From: Pelagomonas calceolata
Lineage: Eukaryota
Reading direction: 5' to 3'
DNA length: 64,000 nucleotides
NCBI GenBank assembly: GCA_918797485.1
Contig: CAKKNE010000005.1
Location: 806,001 to 870,000 of the forward strand
A program made the translations under genes and the position numbers. How positions within the stretch are numbered: position 1 is the stretch's first letter; the number at the start of each line of letters is the position of its first letter. Below the pieces are notes generated by a model, which was not told where the DNA came from, searched no databases, and saw only the letters and a list, made by a program, of their open reading frames with translations. This document shows positions 13,030 to 22,789 of this stretch, one piece after another.

Positions 13030-13118
13030 CTCCCGACAGCCATCCCCTCCCGACAGCCATCCCCTCCCTCTGCTGCATGAACGGCTAGCTCCCCTCCCCC
13101 CGCGCTCCCCTCCCCCCG
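13030..13118. repeat. two short tandem duplications (17-bp CTCCCGACAGCCATCCC x2; 16-bp GCTCCCCTCCCCCCGC x2)
   Basis: read directly. Confidence 0.75.
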
Positions 13119-13144
13119 TATAAACGTACACACTTATTCACAAC

Positions 13145-14392
13145 TCACACACTAGTCCCGCGACTGATCTGCGGCGACTTGGGCGTCTTCGTCGGCGCGA
13201 ACGCCATCGGCGGCGCCGGGACGCGCCTGGCGGGCCGCGCGCACGACGCCGCGAGCGCGACCAACAGAAACACGATCATGGACAACGCCAGGGCGGCGAG
13301 GTGCGGCGACGTCACGTAGGGCGGCTCCTCCGCGTCGTTGCTCGAGTCCGAGATGTCGGCGACGGCCGCGCGAGTGACCCGCCACTCCGTCCTTTCACCA
13401 ATCCGCCGCTCCTCGAGCGTGACCGACGCGTAGGTCCGCGTGTAGCGCAGCGACCCGGGGTTCACGACCACCGCGCTTCCAAAGCGCGCCACGCCTAATG
13501 CGGCATGGGCCCTACCATGAGCGTGCAACACGACGCGCTGCTGCGTCGCCTTTTGTCTCAGAAACTCACCTAAAGCAATAGAGCCCGCGTGCAGCGGCTG
13601 GGCGCGCACGTCCGCCGGCCGCTCCACACCTGCGTGGAAATCAAATTTCAACGTTGTCCGCGTCACTGCGTCTGCTCGATGGCGTGAAGGTTGATTTCCA
13701 CGCGGCCCCGCGCTGTCGGCGTCCTGCGCCGTCACCAACGACGTCCCCGACCCGTCGGGCCCGGCGTGCGTCAGTAAGATCACAGCATCATTCTCGGGCA
13801 CCTTCGTAACTTTCCGCCGCCACGGCTGCTGGCGCCGCTGCGCCTCCCGCTCGTCGAAGGGAAACTGCGTCCAGCCCCCGTCCCAGGGGTGCGCCGTCGA
13901 CTCGTTCGCCGCCCGTCTTTTGCCGTGCGCATCTCTTTCAAAGGGCATCGTCGCTCCTCCCCAGCCCGCGACCCACAAGGCGCTCGTGACTTTTTCCACC
14001 ATGTTGTGGGCATTTCTAGGTTGGCCCGGGGGCAGTCGGGCGTCCGCTTCATACAGTCCTAAAGGGTCCAGCGCCCCGGGCACGAAATACACTAAAGGTG
14101 CCAACGTCGCTAAGGCTCGCGCCGCTTCGCTGGCCTTTCTTACGAAAGCATTGGTGTGTGGCGTCGCTTCCGGTTTGGCACTCCCTTCGACGTTGCCGTG
14201 CGGCATCGTCGTCAGATCACCCGTACATAGTAAGAGGTGGTACTTTCTCGACTGGCGGCCGAGGCGCGCTCGCAATTCGTCGATGGCGGCGAGGTCGTCG
14301 TGGACGTCGCCCACAATCAGAACATTATATTCGATGCGCGACGCGTTCTGTGCATAGGTGAGCGCTGCGAGCGCTAGGAAACGCAGCAGCAT
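13145..14392 (-). CDS. membrane-anchored calcineurin-like metallophosphoesterase with degenerate motifs; probable intron 13630-13713
   Basis: Signal peptide from ATG 14392; motifs 'GDVHDD', 'CTGDLT', 'VPGALD', 'LLTHAGP', 'HGRAH', 'VNPGS'; C-terminal TM helix. Confidence 0.75.
   Translation of the reverse strand: MLLRFLALAALTYAQNASRIEYNVLIVGDVHDDLAAIDELRARLGRQSRKYHLLLCTGDLTTMPHGNVEGSAKPEATPHTNAFVRKASEAARALATLAPLVYFVPGALDPLGLYEADARLPPGQPRNAHNMVEKVTSALWVAGWGGATMPFERDAHGKRRAANESTAHPWDGGWTQFPFDEREAQRRQQPWRRKVTKVPENDAVILLTHAGPDGSGTSLVTAQDADSAGPRGNQPSRHRADAVTRTTLKFDFHAGVERPADVRAQPLHAGSIALGEFLRQKATQQRVVLHAHGRAHAALGVARFGSAVVVNPGSLRYTRTYASVTLEERRIGERTEWRVTRAAVADISDSSNDAEEPPYVTSPHLAALALSMIVFLLVALAASCARPARRVPAPPMAFAPTKTPKSPQISRGTSV
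13630..13705. mobile_element. short decayed introner-type TIR element (76 bp)
   Basis: ctgcgtggaaatcaa...ttgatttccacgcgg. The flanks ctccacac / ccccgcgc differ only by transitions. Confidence 0.75.
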
Positions 14393-14550
14393 TTTGGTGT
14401 CGGCACTTGTGCTTAAGCTATACGGCACGGCGCAGCCTGCGGCAGCGGGCACGTGCTCGATTATGATCAATGCGAATGCGCCGCGCCCGAATCGATGCAA
14501 CGCCACAGCTATGCCGTACCTTGGCGTGTTTCGCAAAAAAATTAGATTAG

Positions 14551-14573
14551 CTAGCGTCCCTGTAAGACACTAG
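14551..14573 (-). promoter_or_regulatory. CTAG-bounded intergenic motif copy
   Basis: ctagcgtccctgtaagacactag, about 160 bp upstream of ATG 14392. Confidence 0.55.
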
Positions 14574-14768
14574 CTGGCGGATCGCTGCGCGACCTCCGCG
14601 ACGTGTCCCCTGGGGCGGGGAGGGGTCCCTCAAAACCCGTTTTGTGGTTAAATTGAGGCTAGGCTAGGAGGCCTCCCCGCCGATGAGCGCCGGTCAAAAA
14701 ACGTCCGGAGCCTCGTCATGAATCTTAGATCTTACACACCACAGTATAAAACGCGCGCGCCAAAGCGC

Positions 14769-15236
14769 TCACTTCTTCTTCTTCCCCTTGCCCTTCTTCT
14801 TCTTGGGTACATAGTAGGTCAGATTGCCCGCGGCGCTCCCGCGGAATTTGGACGGCCCCTCTATCGGTGTGGACAAGTACTTCCTCACCTGCTTCGCCGT
14901 CTTCTCGACGATCACAGCGATGGCCTCCTCCCGCTCGTTGAGCTTGGAAACATGAGAGAGGCTCCAGTCGAGCGACCCGAGGTCCTCCCCCGTCTCGACC
15001 AGTTTTACAGTTAACGGCTCCGACGACGGCAAGGCCGCGGTCCCATTCCCGACAATGGAGATCTCGGCCCGCCGGAACTCCATCAATAACAGCGTCCGTA
15101 TCCGGCGGTAGGGCCCGCCCATGCCAAGCGTCCCCATCGACAGCCCGCGCCAGCAGTAGACGATGTTGATCGTGCATCGTTTCGGCGTGAGGATCTTCGG
15201 GGCCTTCTTGCCCTTGCCGCCCTTCTTCTTGGCCAT
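14769..15236 (-). CDS. small protein with Lys/Gly-rich termini; weak Rdx/SelW-like core
   Basis: 'MAKKKGGKGKK...KKKKGKGKKKK'; 'INIVYC...Y....L..EF....I.G' pattern. Confidence 0.55.
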   Translation of the reverse strand: MAKKKGGKGKKAPKILTPKRCTINIVYCWRGLSMGTLGMGGPYRRIRTLLLMEFRRAEISIVGNGTAALPSSEPLTVKLVETGEDLGSLDWSLSHVSKLNEREEAIAVIVEKTAKQVRKYLSTPIEGPSKFRGSAAGNLTYYVPKKKKGKGKKKK

Positions 15237-15713
15237 CGCTGCGCGAGGTAGGGCAGCCTCCTGCCTCTATGGCACAGAGCTTGCCACGGCGGAACCGTCG
15301 CGTCGCGCACGGATCACGCGCGCAGACGGTGGGGCTGCTGGGTGATGGTAAGCAGGCGCAGGCAACGGCTCCCGCTCTGGGTGCGCGCAGGCGACAGGCC
15401 GCGCGCGGTAACCGATTCGTCAAGGGCCAGGTACTAGGTTCATCGGGAGAAAACACCCGGTCGGCTGGCGTATTGAGGCCTCCTCGACGCTCTCGCAAAG
15501 GTCGAGGCACGGCTGCCCTAAAAAACAATTCCGGGGCAGCGTCGAGCGCCTCGCAATCGGGCAGCCTCGCGCGCGGCGTGCGGCGCGGCAACGGGTGCTC
15601 GCGAAGCGCGATCCATCGCTGCGGTCGCCGCATCAGTCGCAGGCGCCGTGCCGCCCCTCAAAACGCTCCGTAGCGGGCAGCATAGCAGCGAGACGCCATC
15701 GCCGCGCGCCACG

Positions 15714-17024
15714 ATGATGCGCCTCGCACTGATAGCACTCCTCCTAACCACAACGAGCGCCTACGACCCCGTCATCGCCGCGCAGATGGACGCCGAGGAC
15801 GAAGAGAAGAACAAGCCCGGCGGCGAGTACGACGTAGAGATCAGAGAAGCTCTGTTAGCAGCAGGGTTCCCCTACGAGGAAGGAGATTTGGTGCCCGAGC
15901 CCTACGAGAACATCGAGCCCGAGCCCTGTTTATCCATAGCGTCCGTGACCCTCCAACTCGACACGGAAGTTGTTTTACGTTTCAGAGACTCGTTTACCGA
16001 TGATGTCGGAGATGTCATCGATCTCGTGGATGAAAGGAAGTTGACGAGCGGTGGCCACTGCGAGGACGACTCGGCCTGCGTCGCTGGAGTCATATTGGAT
16101 CGCATACGGAACGTCCGCGAGGCCATGGAGAGACTCCAGCGGGGCTGGTGGGACGAGCCCTTCGTTCTTAAAGCAGCGTACAACGATACGCAGCTGTCGG
16201 TGAATGCGACGATCGACGATTTGTTCATTGACGGGTTACGAGCGATCAAGGCCCATGTGTGTTTTGCGTTATCCGACAAAGATGTTGGAGATGCCTGCGT
16301 GCCCATCACCGAACAATCTTATGAGGTGCCACTTCTTCTAACGGTGACCGGAGCGTCCCCCGGTGCGCATAGAGTATACGCGTGGATGGAGGCGGCAGGT
16401 GCTGACGACGAATGCCGGGACTTACTGAGGAGAGATCGCCAAACAATAGAGTACTTCGTGCCGGCCTGGACGAACTCCTACTGGGAACCGTTCCGGAACT
16501 ACACCATCAAAAGCTATATAGGGTATGACGTACGAATCGTTCAGGGCAAGGGGACGTATGGTATTGATGGCGTGCGCATTCTAGCTTATGGTGGAAGTGA
16601 AAAGCTTGCTGTCGGAAACTTCTCGTCGATAGGGCCCGGAGTGTCTATCTTACTGGGTGGCGAGCACCGCTACGGGTGGACGAGCACGTTCCCGTTCCCC
16701 GCGTTCGACCCTCGAGCCGCCGCTCTGACGCAGAAGCACGCGGTCTCGAAGGGCGACGTGGTGATTGGTTCGGATGTGTTCGTAGGCGCCGACGCCAAAA
16801 TCTTATCTGGTGTGCAAATCGGCCACGGTGCCGTCATCGGCGCCGGTGCGGTGGTGGCGAAAAATGTGAGGCCCTACGCCATTGTGGTGGGCAACCCCGC
16901 GAAAGAAATTAAGAGACGCTTCGACGACGCAACGGTGCAGAAACTCTTAGACCAGGCGTGGTGGGCCTGGGACGATGTTGACGTCGTGGCCAACTTTGAG
17001 AAGCTCATGGCGCCCCCTGTCTAA
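15714..17024 (+). CDS. secreted protein with C-terminal CatB/Vat-like hexapeptide O-acetyltransferase domain
   Basis: Signal peptide; 'VGNFSSIGPGVSILLGGEHRYGWTSTFPF...SKGDVVIGSDVFVG...GAVIGAGAVVAKNVRPYAIVVGNPAKEIKRRF...WWAW'. Confidence 0.85.
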   Translation: MMRLALIALLLTTTSAYDPVIAAQMDAEDEEKNKPGGEYDVEIREALLAAGFPYEEGDLVPEPYENIEPEPCLSIASVTLQLDTEVVLRFRDSFTDDVGDVIDLVDERKLTSGGHCEDDSACVAGVILDRIRNVREAMERLQRGWWDEPFVLKAAYNDTQLSVNATIDDLFIDGLRAIKAHVCFALSDKDVGDACVPITEQSYEVPLLLTVTGASPGAHRVYAWMEAAGADDECRDLLRRDRQTIEYFVPAWTNSYWEPFRNYTIKSYIGYDVRIVQGKGTYGIDGVRILAYGGSEKLAVGNFSSIGPGVSILLGGEHRYGWTSTFPFPAFDPRAAALTQKHAVSKGDVVIGSDVFVGADAKILSGVQIGHGAVIGAGAVVAKNVRPYAIVVGNPAKEIKRRFDDATVQKLLDQAWWAWDDVDVVANFEKLMAPPV

Positions 17025-17026
17025 TG

Positions 17027-17737
17027 TTATTTGTTAAACCCCTTTTTCCTCTTCTGCCATTCGATCCTACCGTTCGCCGCGCCGCCTTCGGGAGCCGGGT
17101 CGGAGCCCCACTGGTCCAGGGCCTTCCACGTGTTTGTTGATTGCCACGCGCACTGACAAGAATACGCAGCATACTCTTCGGAAGGCACGAGTTTCGCTCT
17201 CAACTTCACAAGGTCGTAGGAGTGGCCTTCAAAATGCCGGAAGTGCATATAATCAATCTGGCGGTGCCAGCGGTGGCCGCTGAACCGATGGACCTCAAAG
17301 CCGCACGACCCGCATTGGAGGGGCGGGCACTTCTGCTGCGCGCCGCCGATGCCTAGCTTTGCCGGAAACCAGTTGTCGGCGTCGGGCTCGGCCGTCGATC
17401 TTCCACATCTCCGATCGTCGTCCTCTCCATCACTACTATCATCAGAATCGGAATCGGAAGACATAGGCGTGACGGGCCGCGGCGTTCTGGGAGTGGCGTC
17501 CCAGTCGCTTCCTTCCGTCCGGCAGCTGAGCGGCGCCGCGACCGGCGTCTTTTGTTCGGGTGACTTTTGGGTCAAGGGCGGCACGGGCGGCGGGCTCACG
17601 GTCTTCGTAGGTGTCGGTGCCGGCTTTTCGATTGGCGTCTTCGTCGGGCTTGGGCTGGCGTCGGTTTTCGTTGGGCTGGTGGAGGTGGGTGTCACTGGGG
17701 CGTCTTGAGCCGGCGGCTTGGAGGCGGCGCAGCCCAT
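17027..17737 (-). CDS. CFAP418: cilia/flagella protein CFAP418 (C8orf37, RMP domain)-like
   Basis: 'LQCGSCGFEVHRF...W...DYMHFR...KLRAKL...AYSCQCAW'; N-terminal MGCAASK acylation motif. Confidence 0.8.
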   Translation of the reverse strand: MGCAASKPPAQDAPVTPTSTSPTKTDASPSPTKTPIEKPAPTPTKTVSPPPVPPLTQKSPEQKTPVAAPLSCRTEGSDWDATPRTPRPVTPMSSDSDSDDSSDGEDDDRRCGRSTAEPDADNWFPAKLGIGGAQQKCPPLQCGSCGFEVHRFSGHRWHRQIDYMHFRHFEGHSYDLVKLRAKLVPSEEYAAYSCQCAWQSTNTWKALDQWGSDPAPEGGAANGRIEWQKRKKGFNK

Positions 17738-17832
17738 CGTTGCGGGGCAGCGCTGCGGTCACGTCTGTCTGTGTGTAGCGTAGCACGCCGTTCGTACGCG
17801 TGCGCAATACAAAAGCAGGCAACCGAAGCGCG

Positions 17833-17854
17833 CTAGTGTCTTACTAGCCGCTAG
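17833..17854 (+). promoter_or_regulatory. CTAG-bounded intergenic motif copy
   Basis: ctagtgtcttactagccgctag between divergent genes. Confidence 0.55.
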
Positions 17855-18020
17855 CTCGAGAAGATTACCACAAAAAAGCGCCGCTGGCCATCCTGAGCTT
17901 TAATCTGTCGTGGGAATATCTCACGGCTTCTATTTCACAGCGAGACTTCATCGCTACTGACTCAAAAAAGCGGGTGCGACCTCTCTGCTTCCACTGCAGA
18001 CAGCCCACCTAGAGCTCGTC

Positions 18021-18076
18021 GCCACCACACGCCGTCGACGCGCGGCTCCTTCGCCATCACACGCCGTCGACGCGCG
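18021..18076. repeat. direct repeat of CACACGCCGTCGACGCGCG (intron core motif variant) just 5' of ATG 18091
   Basis: two copies read directly. Confidence 0.7.
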
Positions 18077-18090
18077 AGCAAACAAGAACG

Positions 18091-19323
18091 ATGCTCCACG
18101 AGTTCATCAGCAAGACGGCCCCGCAAGGCCCAGCGCTCCCGCTGGAGGCCGGCGACGCTCTCGTCGTAGTCCTGAAAGTGCCGGCCGCCGGGAAGTCCAA
18201 AACGCGCTTACACACTTGCTTCGGCCCGCACGAGACGCAGAAGCTGGCCACCGCCATGGCGGCGGACACCTTCGAGCGCTTTTCTTGTGGCGAGTGCGCC
18301 CAAGCGCGGCGCGTGTGCTGCTTCGCGCCGAGTGATGAGCGCAAAGAAGCTTCCCGACTAGCCCCGGGCTGGGAGCTGTCGCCCATGGCGTCGCGGGACC
18401 TGAAGAGTTCCGACCTCGGCACCGCTCTGAGAGACGAATATGTACGAATAAGGAGCCAATCGAGGGGTGCGGTCGTCTTTCTGGGCTCCGACGCGCCCGA
18501 TTTACCCATAGACTACGTTTTAGATGCGTGTGCCTGCGCAAGGCAAGGCACGGCGGCGATCTGCGAAGCGCTGGACGGGGGCTACGTGTTATTAGCTTTG
18601 CCAGCAAATGCGCCGCCCGAGGTGTTCGACGGCGTGAAGTGGTCCTGCAGCGAGACGGCGAACTCCCAGCGAGAACGGCTATCGAATTGCGGCGTTTCTG
18701 TAAGGACGTTGTTAGGAAGGTGGTCGGACATCGATGAAGTCACCGATGTGCACGCATTGCTCGAGCGCCTCAAGACATCGAAGGCCTGTCCCCGGGTGCT
18801 GGCGATGGCCCCCAAGCTCGAGGCTATGTTGGCGATCTGGAAACCGGGGGAAGAGAAACAACAACCACCGTCGACCATAACGGGTGTCGCGCCCTGGGCC
18901 CAGCCGACGGCTCCTCAGGAGCCGTGGGCCGCGAACGCTGCTTTACGAGCTAGGTTGCAAGCTAGGGAACGCGCTGCGTCTTCTCGAGATCCCCGCGGCG
19001 TGCCCGACCCTAGGATACGGTCCGGACGACCACCCAGAGCGCCGTCTTCATTAAATCCCGTGAGCGAGGGGAGCGCTTCTGTCCCACAACCGCTGCCGGC
19101 CTTCGACGCTTCAACGGAAGCGAACAACCCGACGGACTGGGAGGACGACGACACGGTGGCGCCCTGGGCCGAATTTTCCGAAGAAAGGCAGGCCCAGAGG
19201 CTGGCGGAGCTCGAGGCCTTCAACGCGAAGACGCCACCCACCAGTCCCTCGACGGTGGCGAAGTCGCCGACGACGCCCTCGACCATTGGATCGCCGGAGT
19301 CGAAGGGGGGCTTCAGCCCTTAA
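18091..19323 (+). CDS. DUF2064/TIGR04282-like (CofC-related) glycosyltransferase with Pro-rich tail
   Basis: 'KVPAAGKSKTRL', 'VVFLGSDAPDLP', 'ALDGGYVLLA', 'FDGVKWS', 'DIDEVTD'. Confidence 0.85.
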   Translation: MLHEFISKTAPQGPALPLEAGDALVVVLKVPAAGKSKTRLHTCFGPHETQKLATAMAADTFERFSCGECAQARRVCCFAPSDERKEASRLAPGWELSPMASRDLKSSDLGTALRDEYVRIRSQSRGAVVFLGSDAPDLPIDYVLDACACARQGTAAICEALDGGYVLLALPANAPPEVFDGVKWSCSETANSQRERLSNCGVSVRTLLGRWSDIDEVTDVHALLERLKTSKACPRVLAMAPKLEAMLAIWKPGEEKQQPPSTITGVAPWAQPTAPQEPWAANAALRARLQARERAASSRDPRGVPDPRIRSGRPPRAPSSLNPVSEGSASVPQPLPAFDASTEANNPTDWEDDDTVAPWAEFSEERQAQRLAELEAFNAKTPPTSPSTVAKSPTTPSTIGSPESKGGFSP

Positions 19324-19341
19324 TTCATTTTGTGTTCTTTC

Positions 19342-19539
19342 TTACACGGTATGGGGCGCGTCGAGCGCGGCAAGGACTGACCGCGAAATATCGAAGTCCT
19401 TCTGGATGCCCTCCGTGAACGGGTGCGAGGGGCCGAGGACGCGCCGCGAGGTCCGGGATAGCTCCTCGAGAACGGCCGTGGACTCGGCCAGATCGTCTCG
19501 GGAGGCTTCCGCTGGATCGTCTCGGTAGCCCCTCAACAA
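19342..19539 (-). pseudogene. short C-terminal fragment of a TPR-like repeat protein
   Basis: 'DLAESTAVLEELSRTSRRVLGPSHPFT' resembles TPR_10-type 'RRVLGxxHP' repeats; no full ORF. Confidence 0.45.
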
Positions 19540-19719
19540 AAGTTTGGCAATATATATATATTTTCACGCACGCCGGTTGCCTCACGTAACGTTTCCTGTC
19601 ATAGCTCGCATCCATCATCGTACTGGCGGCCATTTTTCAGCCCGACCTAGGCGGTCTGGCGCGAAACCTTGGTTCTTGGGCTCTAATGCACCAGGAGGTG
19701 CAAAATCCGCGAGAACAGG

Positions 19720-19740
19720 CTAGTGTCTTAACCCCGCTAG
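19720..19740 (+). promoter_or_regulatory. CTAG-bounded intergenic motif copy
   Basis: ctagtgtcttaaccccgctag. Confidence 0.5.
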
Positions 19741-19765
19741 CTACAGTACAATACGTGCTCTTTTA

Positions 19766-20269
19766 CTACCTCGTCGCCACGAAGTCCCCGACCCTCGTCT
19801 TCGCGCCGGCGCCCCGCGCGCCCATCTCCGCGTCGCCGGCGTAGACGACTCCGCGCAGCGCGCCGTCCTCCTCGATCGTGCCGTCGAGGATCAGGACGTC
19901 GTCCGAAATTGTCGGTAAATCCAAAGTGAACGACACGGCGACCACGCCTTGTCGGCCGCTATACTTCCAGGGGACGGCGCTCTCGCCGAGGAGCTTCGCG
20001 CCATCGTAGAGCTGACAATCCCCTGTCCCCTGAAAAACAAGTTTACCTTTAGCTCCGGTGGTAGTTTCCAATCTCCAATCTCCCACGAATTCCTTTGCTC
20101 CTTCGTTGCGCGAGAACCGTCCCAACATTGGCACGTCGGCCGCCCGCGCGGCGGTCGCCGTCGCGCATCCGGCGGCTGTGATGCGAGCGATCGCTGGTCG
20201 TCTCGCGCACTCCAGCGCGACGGCGTAGTGCACGAGCGCCACGAGCATGCATCTTGCTCTGAGAGCCAT
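19766..20269 (-). CDS. uncharacterised plastid (possibly thylakoid-lumen) protein
   Basis: Signal peptide, then RR + hydrophobic + AxA lumen-type leader. Confidence 0.55.
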   Translation of the reverse strand: MALRARCMLVALVHYAVALECARRPAIARITAAGCATATAARAADVPMLGRFSRNEGAKEFVGDWRLETTTGAKGKLVFQGTGDCQLYDGAKLLGESAVPWKYSGRQGVVAVSFTLDLPTISDDVLILDGTIEEDGALRGVVYAGDAEMGARGAGAKTRVGDFVATR

Positions 20270-20600
20270 GTGATGCTCTTCCGTAGGTTATCGTGACGTG
20301 ATGCAATACGAATGCGTTAGAGCACTGAAACGGAGCTCTCAGTTCCTCCTTGCAGCCCTGCGCACGCCTCTTCAACGCATGCGCCGCCCAGACTTGAGTA
20401 CAACAGCTGCAGCTCCTCTGCTCTGCAGCCTGGACTGGCTCCTGAATACCGCTAAGGAGCTAACGCTGATCAATGATGCCTCGTCATTGAGTGCAGCGCT
20501 CGCAATGACGCGGTGTTACCAACCTGCGGCCAAAAGCCGACGCGCCGCATCGTGAGCCTACCCTGCTGCAGCAGCCCATTGCAGCAGCACCGCCGCACAG

Positions 20601-21533
20601 ATGCTCCGCGGCCTCCACGTCGCCCGCCGATGCGTCGCAACAACAACAGCACACCGATGCTTCAGCCAAGCTGCAAAGCAGCAGATGCGCAAGAGCGGCT
20701 ACGTCGTCAAGCGGCTCGCCGTCGCGCCACAAGCCGTAGCAACAATCCGTAGGAACGCGCTGGCGCAGGCCCGCGAGCCGCCCGCGCCCGCGTGGCGGAA
20801 GTGGCTCGGACTGGAGAAAAATCTAAAAGAGGGCGTCGACGGCGGGCCGCACGGCCGGTTGTTGATTCCGCTGGCGCCGGACGACGACGGCGTCGCCGCC
20901 GTTTTAACAAAGGCCCTCGCCGCGATTGGTGAAGACGCCGTCGCGGACGCGGGCCTGACGTCAAAAGCACTGCTCGTCGAGCTGTCCGTGCTGGCGGTGC
21001 TCCCGAGGGCCGCGGCGCAGCCGCCACATTTAGATGTGTTACCTAGAGATGGCCTCTCGATGGCGACGTTGTTTGTCCCGCTCCAAGATGTTTCAGAGAG
21101 CAACGGCGCGACGGTGCTGTACCCGGCGCCTCCATCAAGCGTCGCGGCGCGCCGCGACTGGGCGCTGCTCCACAAAAGTGAGAAGAGGACGTACGCACCG
21201 GACGGCTCTGATGATCATAGAGATGCGGCAAGCATACAAGCCGAAGCCGCCGGCCTGCTCCCGCCCGTGGCCTCGCCCTGGGCGAAGTGCTCTCCATCGG
21301 AACTGGGCCTCGGCGCGCCGGTGTGTCTGGAGCTGCGCACCGGCGACGTCGCGCTGATGGACTACCGGTGCTTCCACCGGGGCGGCGCGAACGTGAGCGA
21401 GGACCTGCGTTGCGTCCTGTACGCGACGTTCTCCTCCGAGGGTGACCACCACTCGTATTCGGTGGAGGCATCAAAGCAGACGCGGCGGCTGGGCGAGTTC
21501 CTGGCGGTCGCGGAGGATCGTAGTGTGTATTAA
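20601..21533 (+). CDS. PhyH-family 2-oxoglutarate/Fe(II) dioxygenase
   Basis: 'QPPHLD', 'FVPLQDVSESNGAT', 'GDVALMDYRCFHRGGAN...R.VLY'; mitochondrial-type leader. Confidence 0.85.
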   Translation: MLRGLHVARRCVATTTAHRCFSQAAKQQMRKSGYVVKRLAVAPQAVATIRRNALAQAREPPAPAWRKWLGLEKNLKEGVDGGPHGRLLIPLAPDDDGVAAVLTKALAAIGEDAVADAGLTSKALLVELSVLAVLPRAAAQPPHLDVLPRDGLSMATLFVPLQDVSESNGATVLYPAPPSSVAARRDWALLHKSEKRTYAPDGSDDHRDAASIQAEAAGLLPPVASPWAKCSPSELGLGAPVCLELRTGDVALMDYRCFHRGGANVSEDLRCVLYATFSSEGDHHSYSVEASKQTRRLGEFLAVAEDRSVY

Positions 21534-21547
21534 TTGTATCTTGAGTC

Positions 21548-22186
21548 TTACTTCAGCGCATTTGCGCCGGCCGTCGACAACGTTTTCTTGACGTTCCAGG
21601 GGCACGGCTTGTCCGCGGGCTTCTCCTCCTCCGCCACACTACTAAGGGTGGGCGCCTTCACACTATCCGTCTGGACCATGCCGAGGTTGCTCCTCATCTT
21701 TTGACAGTTCGCCAAACCAGCGGAAGCCGTCGCCGCCGCGTCCCGGTGGTCGTGCTCGAGGGCAATCACATGACCGAGACCAAAGCACTCCTCCGCGCTG
21801 GAGACGGCCTGGACGTCGCCCGCCGACGCCGCGTTGAGGTACGCGTTGCCCGCATTACAAATATCCCCACACTGGGCCAGCGTGTCTCCTAGACTACCGT
21901 GCGTCTTGAAGGCCTTGCCGTGCCACTCGATCGCTTCCTTGAACTCGCCGTTCAGGTCGAGGGCGCAGCCTAAGCTTCCGGCGATGACGGGCTGCACGGC
22001 TCTTTTCGTCTGCACGTTCTGGATCTCGCGCGCTTGCATCAAGGCGTCGCGCCAGACCGTCACCGCCTCGCCATACTTCTTCAGGGCGAACAACTGCTGG
22101 GCCTGTTGATGCTTGCCCTCGATCTCTTGTAAGAGTGAGGCGTCCTTGCCGGAGGAAGGCGCGCGGGGCGGGCGGCCGGCGGCCAT
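21548..22186 (-). CDS. TPR-repeat protein
   Basis: 'GSLGCALDLNGEFKEAIEWHGKA', 'CNAGNAY' TPR patterns. Confidence 0.7.
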   Translation of the reverse strand: MAAGRPPRAPSSGKDASLLQEIEGKHQQAQQLFALKKYGEAVTVWRDALMQAREIQNVQTKRAVQPVIAGSLGCALDLNGEFKEAIEWHGKAFKTHGSLGDTLAQCGDICNAGNAYLNAASAGDVQAVSSAEECFGLGHVIALEHDHRDAAATASAGLANCQKMRSNLGMVQTDSVKAPTLSSVAEEEKPADKPCPWNVKKTLSTAGANALK

Positions 22187-22789
22187 CAGGGCTGTTGTGC
22201 TTGGGTGCCTGCTGCCGGAGCTGATCGGCGCCGATCGGACTCGGGCAGCCTTTTTCGGATCGATGCGGGTGCCTGGTCGCTGCCTGGCGCGGCGCCGGCG
22301 TCGGGCGGGCTTGGTGCGCGTCGGGCGCGGGCAGCCAATACCAAACCAACTGGCTTCGCGGCGCTGGCCTGGCCCGCTAGGGCCTGGGTCTCTATGGATG
22401 GCTGCGTGCTTAGGATAGGCATCTGCAGAAGGCTCTCGCGTTGACCGCTCTCAAAAATCTAGTGTGTTACTGGCTATTCGATTATCGAGCCAAGCCGCAT
22501 CGCAAACCGTGGCCGCATCCATTGTTGCCCGGGACGAGTTCGGCTGCGAGCGGTGGCGTAGAAACGGCCCTGAAATCGCTGTCGAGCCGTGCGGCATTCG
22601 ACGCGTGAACGCCGCGGCCAAACAGATCAACTGTCGAGCAGCTGCGGTCTCCACTGTTTGTCGAGGAGCGCGGCGCCGTACCGGTTGTAAGCCGTCGTCA
22701 CCGCAGCGCTGCGCCGACGCCCGCTACCACACGTGCGACGCACGCCCGACCATCGACCGACGCGCGGAAGCGTACCGCATCAGTAAACG

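Noticed and set aside
14769..15236. SelW/Rdx selenoprotein
   Set aside because: Only a weak pattern; no CxxC/CxxU and no in-frame TGA.
15714..17024. Bacterial contamination or a mobile resistance cassette
   Set aside because: The CatB-like domain is fused in-frame to a eukaryotic signal-peptide protein and flanked by eukaryote-specific genes.
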